A DNA stretch of 64,000 nucleotides from an uncultured Pelagibacteraceae bacterium. GTDB taxonomy: Bacteria > Pseudomonadota > Alphaproteobacteria > Pelagibacterales > Pelagibacteraceae. Every line of letters begins with the position of its first letter. Positions within the stretch are counted from its first letter, which is position 1. Shown here in pieces: positions 19,212-28,276 of this stretch. The DNA lies in assembly GCA_902520215.1 (NCBI GenBank), contig CABYNA010000003.1, forward strand, positions 25,462 through 89,461, read 5' to 3'. The notes beneath the pieces are model-generated. The model searched no databases, had not been told where the DNA came from, and was given only the letters and a program-made list of their open reading frames with translations. A program made the position numbers and the translations under genes.

Positions 19212-20066
19212 ATGGCTTTACCAAAATATACTGAACCACATTATAGAATTTGGCATTATATTTATCTTACAATTTGTGGTGCTGTTTTCTTTTTTCTAAT
19301 TGCACCTTTGTTTGTAATATTTCCATTATCATTTAACGCAGAAGAATTTTTGAGTTTTTCTGATGGAATGAAACGTTTGGATCCAGATGCATTTTCTTTA
19401 AGATGGTATAAGGACATGATTTATGGAACAAAAAATCCATGGGGACTAGCAGCCAAGAATAGTTTTATCATTGCGATTTTTGCAACAATCGGATCAGTGA
19501 TACTTGGGACAGTTGCGGCTTTAGGATTGAGTAGCAGACATATGCCTTATAAAGGATTAATAATGGCTGTGTTAATTTCACCAATGATTGTTCCATTAAT
19601 TATTTCTGGTGTTGCAATATTTTTCTTCATGGCAAAAGCGGGTTTAGCAGCAACTCACACAGGAATAGTATTAGCTCATATTATATTAGGAACACCTTTT
19701 GTGGTAATTACAGTCACAGCTACTTTGTCGGGTTTTGACCATAGTGTAACTCGAGCAGCTGCAAGTTTAGGAAGTGATCCAGTAAATACTTTTATGAAAA
19801 TTACCTTACCTTTAATTTTACCTGGAGTAATTTCAGGTGGGTTATTTGCATTTGTAACTTCATTTGATGAAGTTGTGGTTGTTTTATTTTTAGCAGGATT
19901 AGAAAATACGACAATCCCAATTCAAATGTGGACAGGTTTACGAGAGCAATTAAGTCCAACAATACTAGCTGTTGCGACTTGTCTAATTATACTATCAACA
20001 TTAATATTAGTGACTGCTGAGCTTTTACGAAGAAGATCTGAAAGACTCAGAGGTATTAATCGTTAG
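19212..20066 (+). CDS. potC: ABC permease PotC-like
   Basis: FSLRWY, ISPMIVPLII, RAAASLG, FVTSFDEVVV. Confidence 0.9.
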   Translation: MALPKYTEPHYRIWHYIYLTICGAVFFFLIAPLFVIFPLSFNAEEFLSFSDGMKRLDPDAFSLRWYKDMIYGTKNPWGLAAKNSFIIAIFATIGSVILGTVAALGLSSRHMPYKGLIMAVLISPMIVPLIISGVAIFFFMAKAGLAATHTGIVLAHIILGTPFVVITVTATLSGFDHSVTRAAASLGSDPVNTFMKITLPLILPGVISGGLFAFVTSFDEVVVVLFLAGLENTTIPIQMWTGLREQLSPTILAVATCLIILSTLILVTAELLRRRSERLRGINR

Positions 20067-20078
20067 AAAAATAATTCC

Positions 20079-22301
20079 ATGAAGATAAAGAATGTAGTAG
20101 TGATAGGGTCTGGAACAATGGGCAGTGGAATAGCAGCTCATTTGTGTAATGCTAATATACCCGTTACTCTTTTGGATTTAAAAACTGAAATAAGTGAAAA
20201 TGCCAGAGAAAGAATTCATAAATCTAGACCACCTTTATTAATTGATAAATCTAAAATAAAAAATATTAAAGTTGGTAATATTGAAGATGATTTCTCAGTA
20301 GTTGAACAAGCTGATTGGGTTGTTGAGGCAGTTGTGGAGAGAATTGATATCAAACATCAAATTTATGAAAAAATTTTTAAAAGTAGAAAAGATGGTGCGA
20401 TTGTTTCCTCCAACACTTCCTCAATACCTATTAAAGTTTTATCTCAAAATTTAAATAAAGAACAAAAAAAAGATTTTTGTATAACTCATTTTTTTAATCC
20501 TGTCAGATATATGGGTCTTTTGGAAATTGTGAAAAATGAAGACAATGACCTAAATAAAATAAATCAATTAAAAGAATTTTGCGAACTTGAGCTTGGAAAA
20601 GGAGCCATCGTTTGTAACGACACTCCAGGTTTTTTAGGTAACAGAGTTGGTGTTTACGCTATGCAAATAGCAATGACTGAAGCATTTAAAATGAAACTTT
20701 CTGTAGAGGAAGCGGATGCAATATTTGGCAGGCCAATGGGTATTCCAAAAACAGGTGTTTTTGGGCTTTATGATTTAATCGGCATTGATCTTATGGCTGA
20801 TGTTTTAAAAAGTTTTATCAAAGAGTTACCTGAAACTGATGAATTTCATGAGGTTGCAAAAGAAATTCCTTTAGTAAAAAAATTAATTGAAACTGGATAT
20901 ACAGGTAGAAAGGGTAAAGGTGGTTTCTATAGAATGAAGAAAACTGATAGTGGCAAAGTAATGGAAGCTATCGATCTACAAACTGGAGATTATTCTCTAA
21001 GCAAAAAAATTGACATAAAATCTGACAAAGTTGACCTTAAAGGTCTAATTAATAGAAATGATAAATATGGAGAATATGCTTGGTCAGTATTAGAAAAGAT
21101 TATTAAATATGCTTCATCATTAGTTCCTGAGATAACAAAAGAATTTAATGATATTGATGAGGCTATGAGATTAGGGTTTAACTGGGCTAAAGGACCCTTT
21201 GAAATGCTAGAAGAAATTGGTGTTAAAAACTTTTTCGAAAAAGTTGAAAATTTTAAGGGCAATAATTTTTTAGAAAATTTAAGCAAAACAAAAAATGAAA
21301 ATTTTTATGGTGAAAGGCAAAAATATACATCAATAGAAACTCTGGGTAAGGTTAAGAAAACAGCAACGAGTGTTGATGGAAATAGTTCAGCATCTATTTA
21401 TAGATTCAATGATTATAATATAGTTGAATTTACCACCAAAGCTAATGCATTAGATTACGACTCAATGGATGCATTAAAGAAAGCAACCGACAAGCCTTTG
21501 ATTATAATTAATGAAAGCATGCAATTTTCTGCTGGGGTAAATTTAACATATACAATGGAATTTGCTGACAAAAATGATTTTAAATCAATTGAAAAATTTA
21601 TTAAATATTTCCAAGAAACATGTAAACATCTTAAGTACTCTAAACACCCAGTTATATCTGCACCATCAGGACTTACTTTAGGAGGTGGATTTGAAGTTTT
21701 AGTACAAAGTAATTTTGTTGCCTCTCATACAAATATTGTAATTGGCCTAGTAGAAACTATCGTAGGTTTAATTCCAGCTGGTGGAGGTTGTAAAGAAATG
21801 TTAGCTAGATGGTTAGATACAGCACAGGCAAAAAAAGATCCAAATTATGCACCATTAAAAGTTTTTGATATCATTGGCTATGGAAAAACAGCAACATCAC
21901 CTGTTGAAGCTGAGCCATTGAAATACTTACTGCCTGAAAATAAAAAGATTATGAATAGAAATAGTTTATTAGAGGTTTCAAAAAAAATCTTAGATGAAAA
22001 CAAAGATTTTAAATCACCTAACGAACTTCAGTTTAACTTGCCTGGGAAAGCGGTTATTGGAGAAATGCATAAAATTTTAGAAAAACTCTATAATGATAAA
22101 ATAATCTTAGATCATGGGGTAGAAGTTGCAAAAGAATTAGCTTTCGTCTTAAGTGGTGGAGACACAACTATGGATAAAGTGTTAACAGAAGATGATTTAT
22201 TCAAATTAGAATTAGATGCTTTTATGAGATTAATTGAAACTAAAAATACTCAAGACAGGATTAAACACACCTTGGCTACTGGTAAACCTTTAGTCAACTA
22301 A
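20079..22301 (+). CDS. 3-hydroxyacyl-CoA dehydrogenase / enoyl-CoA hydratase fusion (FadN type)
   Basis: GSGTMGSGIA, EAVVER, SSNTSS, HFFNP, crotonase FSAGVNL and LGGGFE. Confidence 0.9.
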   Translation: MKIKNVVVIGSGTMGSGIAAHLCNANIPVTLLDLKTEISENARERIHKSRPPLLIDKSKIKNIKVGNIEDDFSVVEQADWVVEAVVERIDIKHQIYEKIFKSRKDGAIVSSNTSSIPIKVLSQNLNKEQKKDFCITHFFNPVRYMGLLEIVKNEDNDLNKINQLKEFCELELGKGAIVCNDTPGFLGNRVGVYAMQIAMTEAFKMKLSVEEADAIFGRPMGIPKTGVFGLYDLIGIDLMADVLKSFIKELPETDEFHEVAKEIPLVKKLIETGYTGRKGKGGFYRMKKTDSGKVMEAIDLQTGDYSLSKKIDIKSDKVDLKGLINRNDKYGEYAWSVLEKIIKYASSLVPEITKEFNDIDEAMRLGFNWAKGPFEMLEEIGVKNFFEKVENFKGNNFLENLSKTKNENFYGERQKYTSIETLGKVKKTATSVDGNSSASIYRFNDYNIVEFTTKANALDYDSMDALKKATDKPLIIINESMQFSAGVNLTYTMEFADKNDFKSIEKFIKYFQETCKHLKYSKHPVISAPSGLTLGGGFEVLVQSNFVASHTNIVIGLVETIVGLIPAGGGCKEMLARWLDTAQAKKDPNYAPLKVFDIIGYGKTATSPVEAEPLKYLLPENKKIMNRNSLLEVSKKILDENKDFKSPNELQFNLPGKAVIGEMHKILEKLYNDKIILDHGVEVAKELAFVLSGGDTTMDKVLTEDDLFKLELDAFMRLIETKNTQDRIKHTLATGKPLVN

Positions 22302-22937
22302 CATTTTAATAGAATTTATAAAGTCAGGCCTTAGAACATACTCAGATTTATTTTGATATTTTATTTTTTCTAGTGCTTCTATCCCATAAATCACTTTCCC
22401 AATCGGTGTATATTCACTCTCATATAATGGCTCATCTTTGAGTGTGATGAAAAATTGACTATCTTCAGTATTATATTTTTGTGTTCTTGCAAGACCTACA
22501 CTTCCTCTTTCATAGTTAAATGGGACATCTACTTCTGAGTTTATGGTTCCTAGTCCTGACTGTCCTGTTCCGATTTTTCCATAATCAATATTGCCTTTTT
22601 TGCCAAATTCCAAATCACCTGCCTGTACAAGATTGTCTTTAATTACTCTATGAAATGCAACATCGTCGTAAGCTTTAGACCTCACCAATGTTTTAAATCT
22701 TTCAACCGCATTTGGAGAAATATTTGGATATAATTCGATAATTACATTTCCACATTCAACATTCAAAATCGCAATATTATTTGGTTTTTCAAAAGAAAGT
22801 TTTTCTGGATTATAATTTTTAACAAATAAGCATTTATTCTTTATCAAAAAAAAAGAACTCAGAGAAAAAATAGCTAAAGATATTAAGAAAAAGAAGATTA
22901 TCTTTTCTGACCTTGAAGCTTTAATTTTTTTAATCAT
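22290..22937 (-). CDS. Cyclophilin-type peptidyl-prolyl isomerase with N-terminal membrane anchor
   Basis: YDDVAFHRVI, VQAGD, GSVGLART, DSQFFI, YTPIGKVIYG. Confidence 0.85.
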   Translation of the reverse strand: MIKKIKASRSEKIIFFFLISLAIFSLSSFFLIKNKCLFVKNYNPEKLSFEKPNNIAILNVECGNVIIELYPNISPNAVERFKTLVRSKAYDDVAFHRVIKDNLVQAGDLEFGKKGNIDYGKIGTGQSGLGTINSEVDVPFNYERGSVGLARTQKYNTEDSQFFITLKDEPLYESEYTPIGKVIYGIEALEKIKYQNKSEYVLRPDFINSIKMLVD

Positions 22938-23656
22938 AAATTGAAACTATGATCAATTTTAAGCAAACCTGATTTGATAAAATCTATCTTTTTTTGAAGA
23001 ATAGGATCAATTTGTTTTGGTAAATTCCCATGCATTAAATGAGAAAAAACTTCTGCCATATCTTCAGAAGCGGTTGATTTTGAATATTCAGTAATAAAAC
23101 CATCAGTTTTAGAATAAGTATCTAGACCTATTTTTTTTGTGCAAGTCGAACATTCCGCATAATTAAAGCTATCTGAATTGAAACTTGACCAAGTTTTTTC
23201 ATTAAAAATTTCCTTAAAACTATCATTAATTATATGAAAGACTTCATGATGTAATACTCTTTCAAAATATTTATTATCAAATTTAATATCAACAATAAGA
23301 GTTTTCATTACATTGTCAGGTATTCCAGCAGTATTTATTCCTGAAATTGATAAATCTTCACAAAGAACAATATATTTTAAATTTATTTTTTTTAAAAAAC
23401 TTTGAGAATATCTTTTTAAATTTTTTTCTATAATTTGATACTTCTGGTCTAAATCTTGTTTTGATGATTTAAAACAATTAATATTATTATCTACCCCAAT
23501 CGTAAAAGGTTGTTTAGCGTAAAGATATCTCAGACTATTAGTAGTTTTAATATTATAAATTTCAAGATTTGGAATTTTAATCAATTGATAAATCGTATCT
23601 GCTTGCACAGAAGAAATTAAAAATAAATATAATAAAATGAACTTAAATAATTTCAT
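22934..23656 (-). CDS. Exported putative zinc metallopeptidase (HEXXH)
   Basis: Likely ATG at 23656 (signal peptide MKLFKFILLYLFLISSVQA); HHEVFH motif and downstream GFITEYS..EDMAE. Confidence 0.7.
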   Translation of the reverse strand: MKLFKFILLYLFLISSVQADTIYQLIKIPNLEIYNIKTTNSLRYLYAKQPFTIGVDNNINCFKSSKQDLDQKYQIIEKNLKRYSQSFLKKINLKYIVLCEDLSISGINTAGIPDNVMKTLIVDIKFDNKYFERVLHHEVFHIINDSFKEIFNEKTWSSFNSDSFNYAECSTCTKKIGLDTYSKTDGFITEYSKSTASEDMAEVFSHLMHGNLPKQIDPILQKKIDFIKSGLLKIDHSFNL

Positions 23657-23709
23657 AATAGGTATTATTGAAGATATTCCAAATTGTAAGAATGTGATAG
23701 AGTTTTGTG

Positions 23710-24669
23710 ATGAAAAAAAAAAGCACCAAGGAACCAATCCAACCAGTAAGTGGAACCAAAGTACCACGATTTGCTGGACCCTCAACTTTTGCACGATTAC
23801 CAGAATTGAGAGATGTTGAATATTGTGATGTTGCAATAGTTGGTATTCCTTTTGATGCAGGCACAAGTTATAGACCAGGAGCAAGGTTTGGTCCTCAAAG
23901 CATTAGACAAGCTTCAAGACACTTAAGAACAAATTATCATCCAAGTTATGATGTAGAACCATTTAAAGTACAACAAGTTGCTGATGCTGGAGATATTACG
24001 TGTAATCCTTTTAATATAAATGAAGCGATCAAACAAATTGAGGAAGGTGCTGTAGATTTACTAAAAAAAACTGGAGGCATAATTAGTTTAGGTGGTGACC
24101 ATACAATTGCATTTCCTTTATTAAAAGCAGTAAACAAAATTAATAAAGGCCCAGTTGCTTTAGTTCATTTTGATGCTCATTTAGATACATGGGATACTTA
24201 TTTTGGGGCACCTTATACACACGGAACTCCATTTAGACGTGCTAGAGAAGAGAATTTATTTTTAGATGATGCGTCTATGCATGTAGGTATTAGAGGACCT
24301 TTATATAGTAGAGATGATATTAAAAATGATGAAAGTTTTGGATTTAAAATTATTCATTGTGACGAATTTCAAACTGAAGGAACTGATAAAATAGCTGAAA
24401 GAATTAAAAAAAGAGTTGGAGATAATCCATTATACTTATCAATTGATATAGATGTTTTAGACCCCGCTTTTGCCCCAGGAACAGGTACACCAGAAATTGC
24501 AGGAATGACTTCAAGAGAAATGGTTAATGTAATTCGAGGTTTGTCGGGAATGAATTTAATCTCAGCAGATGTAGTTGAAGTATCCCCAGCATATGATCAT
24601 GCGGAGGTAACATCTTTAGCTGCAGCAACAATTGTTTATGAACTTACTAATTTGTTTGCAAAAAAATAA
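23710..24669 (+). CDS. speB: Agmatinase / ureohydrolase
   Basis: GARFGP, GGDHTI, HFDAHLD, SIDIDVLDPAFAPGTGTP, DVVEVSP. Confidence 0.9.
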   Translation: MKKKSTKEPIQPVSGTKVPRFAGPSTFARLPELRDVEYCDVAIVGIPFDAGTSYRPGARFGPQSIRQASRHLRTNYHPSYDVEPFKVQQVADAGDITCNPFNINEAIKQIEEGAVDLLKKTGGIISLGGDHTIAFPLLKAVNKINKGPVALVHFDAHLDTWDTYFGAPYTHGTPFRRAREENLFLDDASMHVGIRGPLYSRDDIKNDESFGFKIIHCDEFQTEGTDKIAERIKKRVGDNPLYLSIDIDVLDPAFAPGTGTPEIAGMTSREMVNVIRGLSGMNLISADVVEVSPAYDHAEVTSLAAATIVYELTNLFAKK

Positions 24670-24689
24670 GGAAAGGTTAGGAGTCTGGT

Positions 24690-26123
24690 ATGGAAAATAA
24701 AAAAAATTTTTACATCGATGGAAAATGGGTTGCTCCTAAAAGTAAACAAGAAATAAAAGTAATTAATCCTGCTACAGAGGAAAATTGTGCGATTATTTCT
24801 TTAGGTAATAAAGAAGATATTGATTATGCAGTAAGTTCAGCGAAAAAAGCTTATAGCACTTGGGCATTTTCCCCTAAAGAGGAAAGAATAAGATTATTAG
24901 AAAAATTGTATGAAAATTATAAGAAAAGATGGGCAGATATTGCTGCAGCTATTACCACAGAAATGGGAGCTCCTAAAGACTTTGCAACAAAACTGCAAGC
25001 AGGCACAGGTGCAGCACATCTAAAATCATTTATTAGATATCTTAAAAATTTTGAATTTGAAAAACCTTTGGGTGAACATGCTCCTAATCAAAGATTAATT
25101 TATGAGCCAAAAGGAGTGTGTGCTTTGATTACGCCATGGAATTGGCCAATGAATCAAGTTTGTCTTAAAGTTGCACCAGCTTTAGCCTCTGGTTGTACTA
25201 TGATATTAAAACCATCTGAACTTGCTCCTTTATCATCAATGATTCTAGCAGAGTTAATTGATGAAACAAAATTTCCTGCTGGAGTATTCAATTTGGTGAA
25301 TGGAGATGGTGAAACTACTGGTAATGCACTCACAAGTCATCCTGACGTCAACATGATTTCATTTACTGGCTCTACTCGAGCTGGAGCATTAATTTCACAA
25401 AATGCAGCTAAAGATTTTAAAAGAGTAAGTCTAGAATTAGGAGGAAAGGGAGCAAATATAATTTTTAAAGATGCTGATCCAGATGCTATTGAAAGAGGAG
25501 CTTTAAGATGTTTCAGAAATTCTGGTCAGTCGTGTAATGCTCCAACTAGAATGCTTGTTGAAAAATCAATGTATAATGAAGCTGTAGAAAGATTAAAAAA
25601 ATATACTGAAAATTTTGAAGTAGGTGATCCAAAGAAGGAAGGAGAGCATATTGGTCCTGTTATTTCTGAAACCCAATATAATAAAATCCAAACCTTAATT
25701 AAAAAGGGTATAGATGAGGGTGCAAAATTAGTTGCAGGAGGCGCTGGTAAACCAGAGGGATTTGAAAAAGGATACTTTGTCAAACCAACGGTTTTTGTTG
25801 ATGTAAAAAATGATATGGAAGTTGCAAGAACAGAAATTTTTGGTCCAGTGTTATCAGTAATGCCTTTTGAAAATGAAGAAGAAGCAATTAAGATTGCTAA
25901 TGATACTCCTTATGGATTGACTAATTACATTCAAACGCAAGACAAAGAAAAAGTTAAAAGAGTTGCGAGAAAGTTAAGATCAGGAATGGTAGACGTAAAT
26001 GGAGCTGGAATTGCTGTAGATGCACCATTTGGAGGTTTTAAACATTCTGGAATTGGTAGAGAAGCTGGTGAACATGGTCTTGAGGAATTTTTAGAAGTGA
26101 AAGCTGTTGGTGGCTGGAATTAA
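24690..26123 (+). CDS. NAD-dependent aldehyde dehydrogenase
   Basis: ITPWNWP, FTGST, LELGGK, catalytic GQSC, EIFGP. Confidence 0.92.
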   Translation: MENKKNFYIDGKWVAPKSKQEIKVINPATEENCAIISLGNKEDIDYAVSSAKKAYSTWAFSPKEERIRLLEKLYENYKKRWADIAAAITTEMGAPKDFATKLQAGTGAAHLKSFIRYLKNFEFEKPLGEHAPNQRLIYEPKGVCALITPWNWPMNQVCLKVAPALASGCTMILKPSELAPLSSMILAELIDETKFPAGVFNLVNGDGETTGNALTSHPDVNMISFTGSTRAGALISQNAAKDFKRVSLELGGKGANIIFKDADPDAIERGALRCFRNSGQSCNAPTRMLVEKSMYNEAVERLKKYTENFEVGDPKKEGEHIGPVISETQYNKIQTLIKKGIDEGAKLVAGGAGKPEGFEKGYFVKPTVFVDVKNDMEVARTEIFGPVLSVMPFENEEEAIKIANDTPYGLTNYIQTQDKEKVKRVARKLRSGMVDVNGAGIAVDAPFGGFKHSGIGREAGEHGLEEFLEVKAVGGWN

Positions 26124-26124
26124 T

Positions 26125-27309
26125 TTAAAGAAGATTTTTTTTAAGACCATCTAAAAATTTTAAACATTTTTTAATTTCATTTAATTCAATAAATTCATCA
26201 ACTTTGTGAGCTTGTTCAATCGAACCAGGACCACAAACAACAGTACTCATCCCGATTTCTTGAAATAAGCCAGCTTCAGTGCCAAAAGAAACAACCTCTC
26301 TCGAATTGTCCCCAGTCAAACTTGAAACTAACTCACATGCCTCTGAGTTTTTAATACGATCAAAACCAGTTACTTCACCTATTATTTTTTTAGTTATTTT
26401 TGAATTCGGAAATACTTTTCTCATTTCTGGTAATAAAATTTCATTAGCATATTTGTCTATTTCTTGATTTAAAAAAACTCCATCTTCTTTAACTACCGGT
26501 CTAGTCTCCCATTCAATATAACATTTATCAGCTATCACATTGTGTGCTATGCCGCCAAATATTCCTCCCACCTGCAAAGTAGAAAAAGGGGGATCGAATA
26601 TCGAATCTTTAGGAGCTCTTTTTTTTAAGTCCTGTCTTAATTCGATGAGTTTGTTTGCGTAACGTGAAGCAAACTCAACAGCACTTACCCCTTTATGTGG
26701 CATTGAACTATGACCTGCTAAACCCTCAAAATAAGTTGTATATTCATAACAACCTTTGTGAGCATCTATAATTTTCATTTTAGTTGGCTCACCAATTATA
26801 CATATGCCGTCTTGGATCTTTCTTTTTTTTAACTCCTCAATTAATATGGGCGCTCCAAGACAAGCAGTCTCTTCATCGAATGTAAATGAAAAATGGATAT
26901 CTCTATTTAATTCCACCTTTGAATAAATTGGTGCATAAGCTAAAACACATGCGATAAAACCTTTCATATCACATGCACCTCTGCCATAAAGTTTATCATC
27001 TTTGATTGTAGCTTTAAAAGGATCAGTGCTCCAACTTTTTGAGATTGGAACAGTATCAGTGTGACCAGATAAGATAATTGGTTTTATCCCATTTGTTTTT
27101 TTTGCCTTGAATGTAGCAAAAAGATTAACTCTTTTCTTTTCCTGATCAAAAGTTTTAAATGAGGTTGCACCTAATTTGTGAAGATAGTTTTCACAATAAT
27201 TTATTAAATTACTATTATCGTCTCCAGAAATAGTTTTGAAACCGATTAAATCGGTCAAAATTTTGATGCAATTTTGATATAATTTTTCAGTATTAATTTC
27301 TGTACTCAT
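26125..27309 (-). CDS. argE: Acetylornithine deacetylase (M20)
   Basis: LSGHTDTVP, GRGACDMKG, FDEE, IGEPT, FGTEAG, QAHKVDE. Confidence 0.85.
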   Translation of the reverse strand: MSTEINTEKLYQNCIKILTDLIGFKTISGDDNSNLINYCENYLHKLGATSFKTFDQEKKRVNLFATFKAKKTNGIKPIILSGHTDTVPISKSWSTDPFKATIKDDKLYGRGACDMKGFIACVLAYAPIYSKVELNRDIHFSFTFDEETACLGAPILIEELKKRKIQDGICIIGEPTKMKIIDAHKGCYEYTTYFEGLAGHSSMPHKGVSAVEFASRYANKLIELRQDLKKRAPKDSIFDPPFSTLQVGGIFGGIAHNVIADKCYIEWETRPVVKEDGVFLNQEIDKYANEILLPEMRKVFPNSKITKKIIGEVTGFDRIKNSEACELVSSLTGDNSREVVSFGTEAGLFQEIGMSTVVCGPGSIEQAHKVDEFIELNEIKKCLKFLDGLKKNLL

Positions 27310-27338
27310 GAATAATAACTAATATATATACTGAATTT

Positions 27339-27680
27339 ATGAAAGAACAAATAACATACGATATATTTGATAAAGTTGACATACGAGTAGGGACAGTAAT
27401 TTCTGTAAAAAAAAATGAGGAAGCAAGAAAACCATCTTTAGTAGTTGAGGTGGATTTTGGAAAAGAAATAGGAATTAAACAATCTTCAGCACAAATTACT
27501 CATTATTATAATGAGGATAATTTAAAAGGTAAACAAGTAATCGGAGTTTGTAATTTTCCTGAAAAAAATATTGCTGGAGTGGTGTCTCAAGTTTTGATTT
27601 TAGGCTCAATAGATAAAGAAGGCAAAGTGATTCTCGTTCATCCATCTCAACAATCAGAAAATGGTCTTCCAATAGCCTAA
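27339..27680 (+). CDS. csaA: tRNA-binding / chaperone protein CsaA
   Basis: VDIRVGTV, VDFGKEIGIKQSSAQIT, NFPEKNIAG. Confidence 0.85.
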   Translation: MKEQITYDIFDKVDIRVGTVISVKKNEEARKPSLVVEVDFGKEIGIKQSSAQITHYYNEDNLKGKQVIGVCNFPEKNIAGVVSQVLILGSIDKEGKVILVHPSQQSENGLPIA

Positions 27681-27682
27681 GT

Positions 27683-28273
27683 ATGCATCCTGAAATATTA
27701 TCAATTTCTTTATTTTGGTTTGTCACAGCGTACACGCCGGGTCCAAATAATGTAGTTGCATCTTACTCTGGATTTAATTTTGGGATAAAAAAAACAATCC
27801 CTCATATTCTTGGTGTGACTTTAGGATTCACTTCATTAGTTTTGTTTTTATCGATAGGTTTAATTAATGTTTTTAAATTATTTCCCATCATTCAAATAGT
27901 CATTAGATATCTTGGGACTTTATTTTTAATTTATCTTGCTTATAAGATTGCGTTTTCAACCTCTTCAAATGAAACTCATAAAGAAAACCCTGTAAAATTT
28001 ATTGAAACCTTTTTATTTCAATATCTAAATCCTAAAGGTGTCACTGTTGCAATTATTGTTGTCTCTACTTATGTTGAATTAGGGATTAATTATATAAGTT
28101 ATGCGACTCAAATAGTTGTTCTTGCTTTTCTATTTTCTGTCACAAGTATTACTTTGTGGACGTTTGTTGGTAAATTTTTGAGGAAATTTGCGACAAATGA
28201 TAAATTTATTAAGTACTTTAATTATGTTATGTCAGGGCTTCTTTTATTAAGCATAATTACATTTTATATATAA
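27683..28273 (+). CDS. LysE family exporter
   Basis: YTPGPNN, YLAYKIA, FQYLNPKG. Confidence 0.85.
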   Translation: MHPEILSISLFWFVTAYTPGPNNVVASYSGFNFGIKKTIPHILGVTLGFTSLVLFLSIGLINVFKLFPIIQIVIRYLGTLFLIYLAYKIAFSTSSNETHKENPVKFIETFLFQYLNPKGVTVAIIVVSTYVELGINYISYATQIVVLAFLFSVTSITLWTFVGKFLRKFATNDKFIKYFNYVMSGLLLLSIITFYI

Positions 28274-28276
28274 GAT

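Noticed and set aside
23713-23722. A10 tract at the speB start, and similar A/T runs, as phase-variation switches
   Set aside because: Frames are intact and such runs are common throughout this AT-rich DNA
23657-23884. 76-aa N-terminal extension of the HEXXH protein overlapping speB
   Set aside because: A clear signal peptide begins at ATG 23656; the extension is antisense to speB
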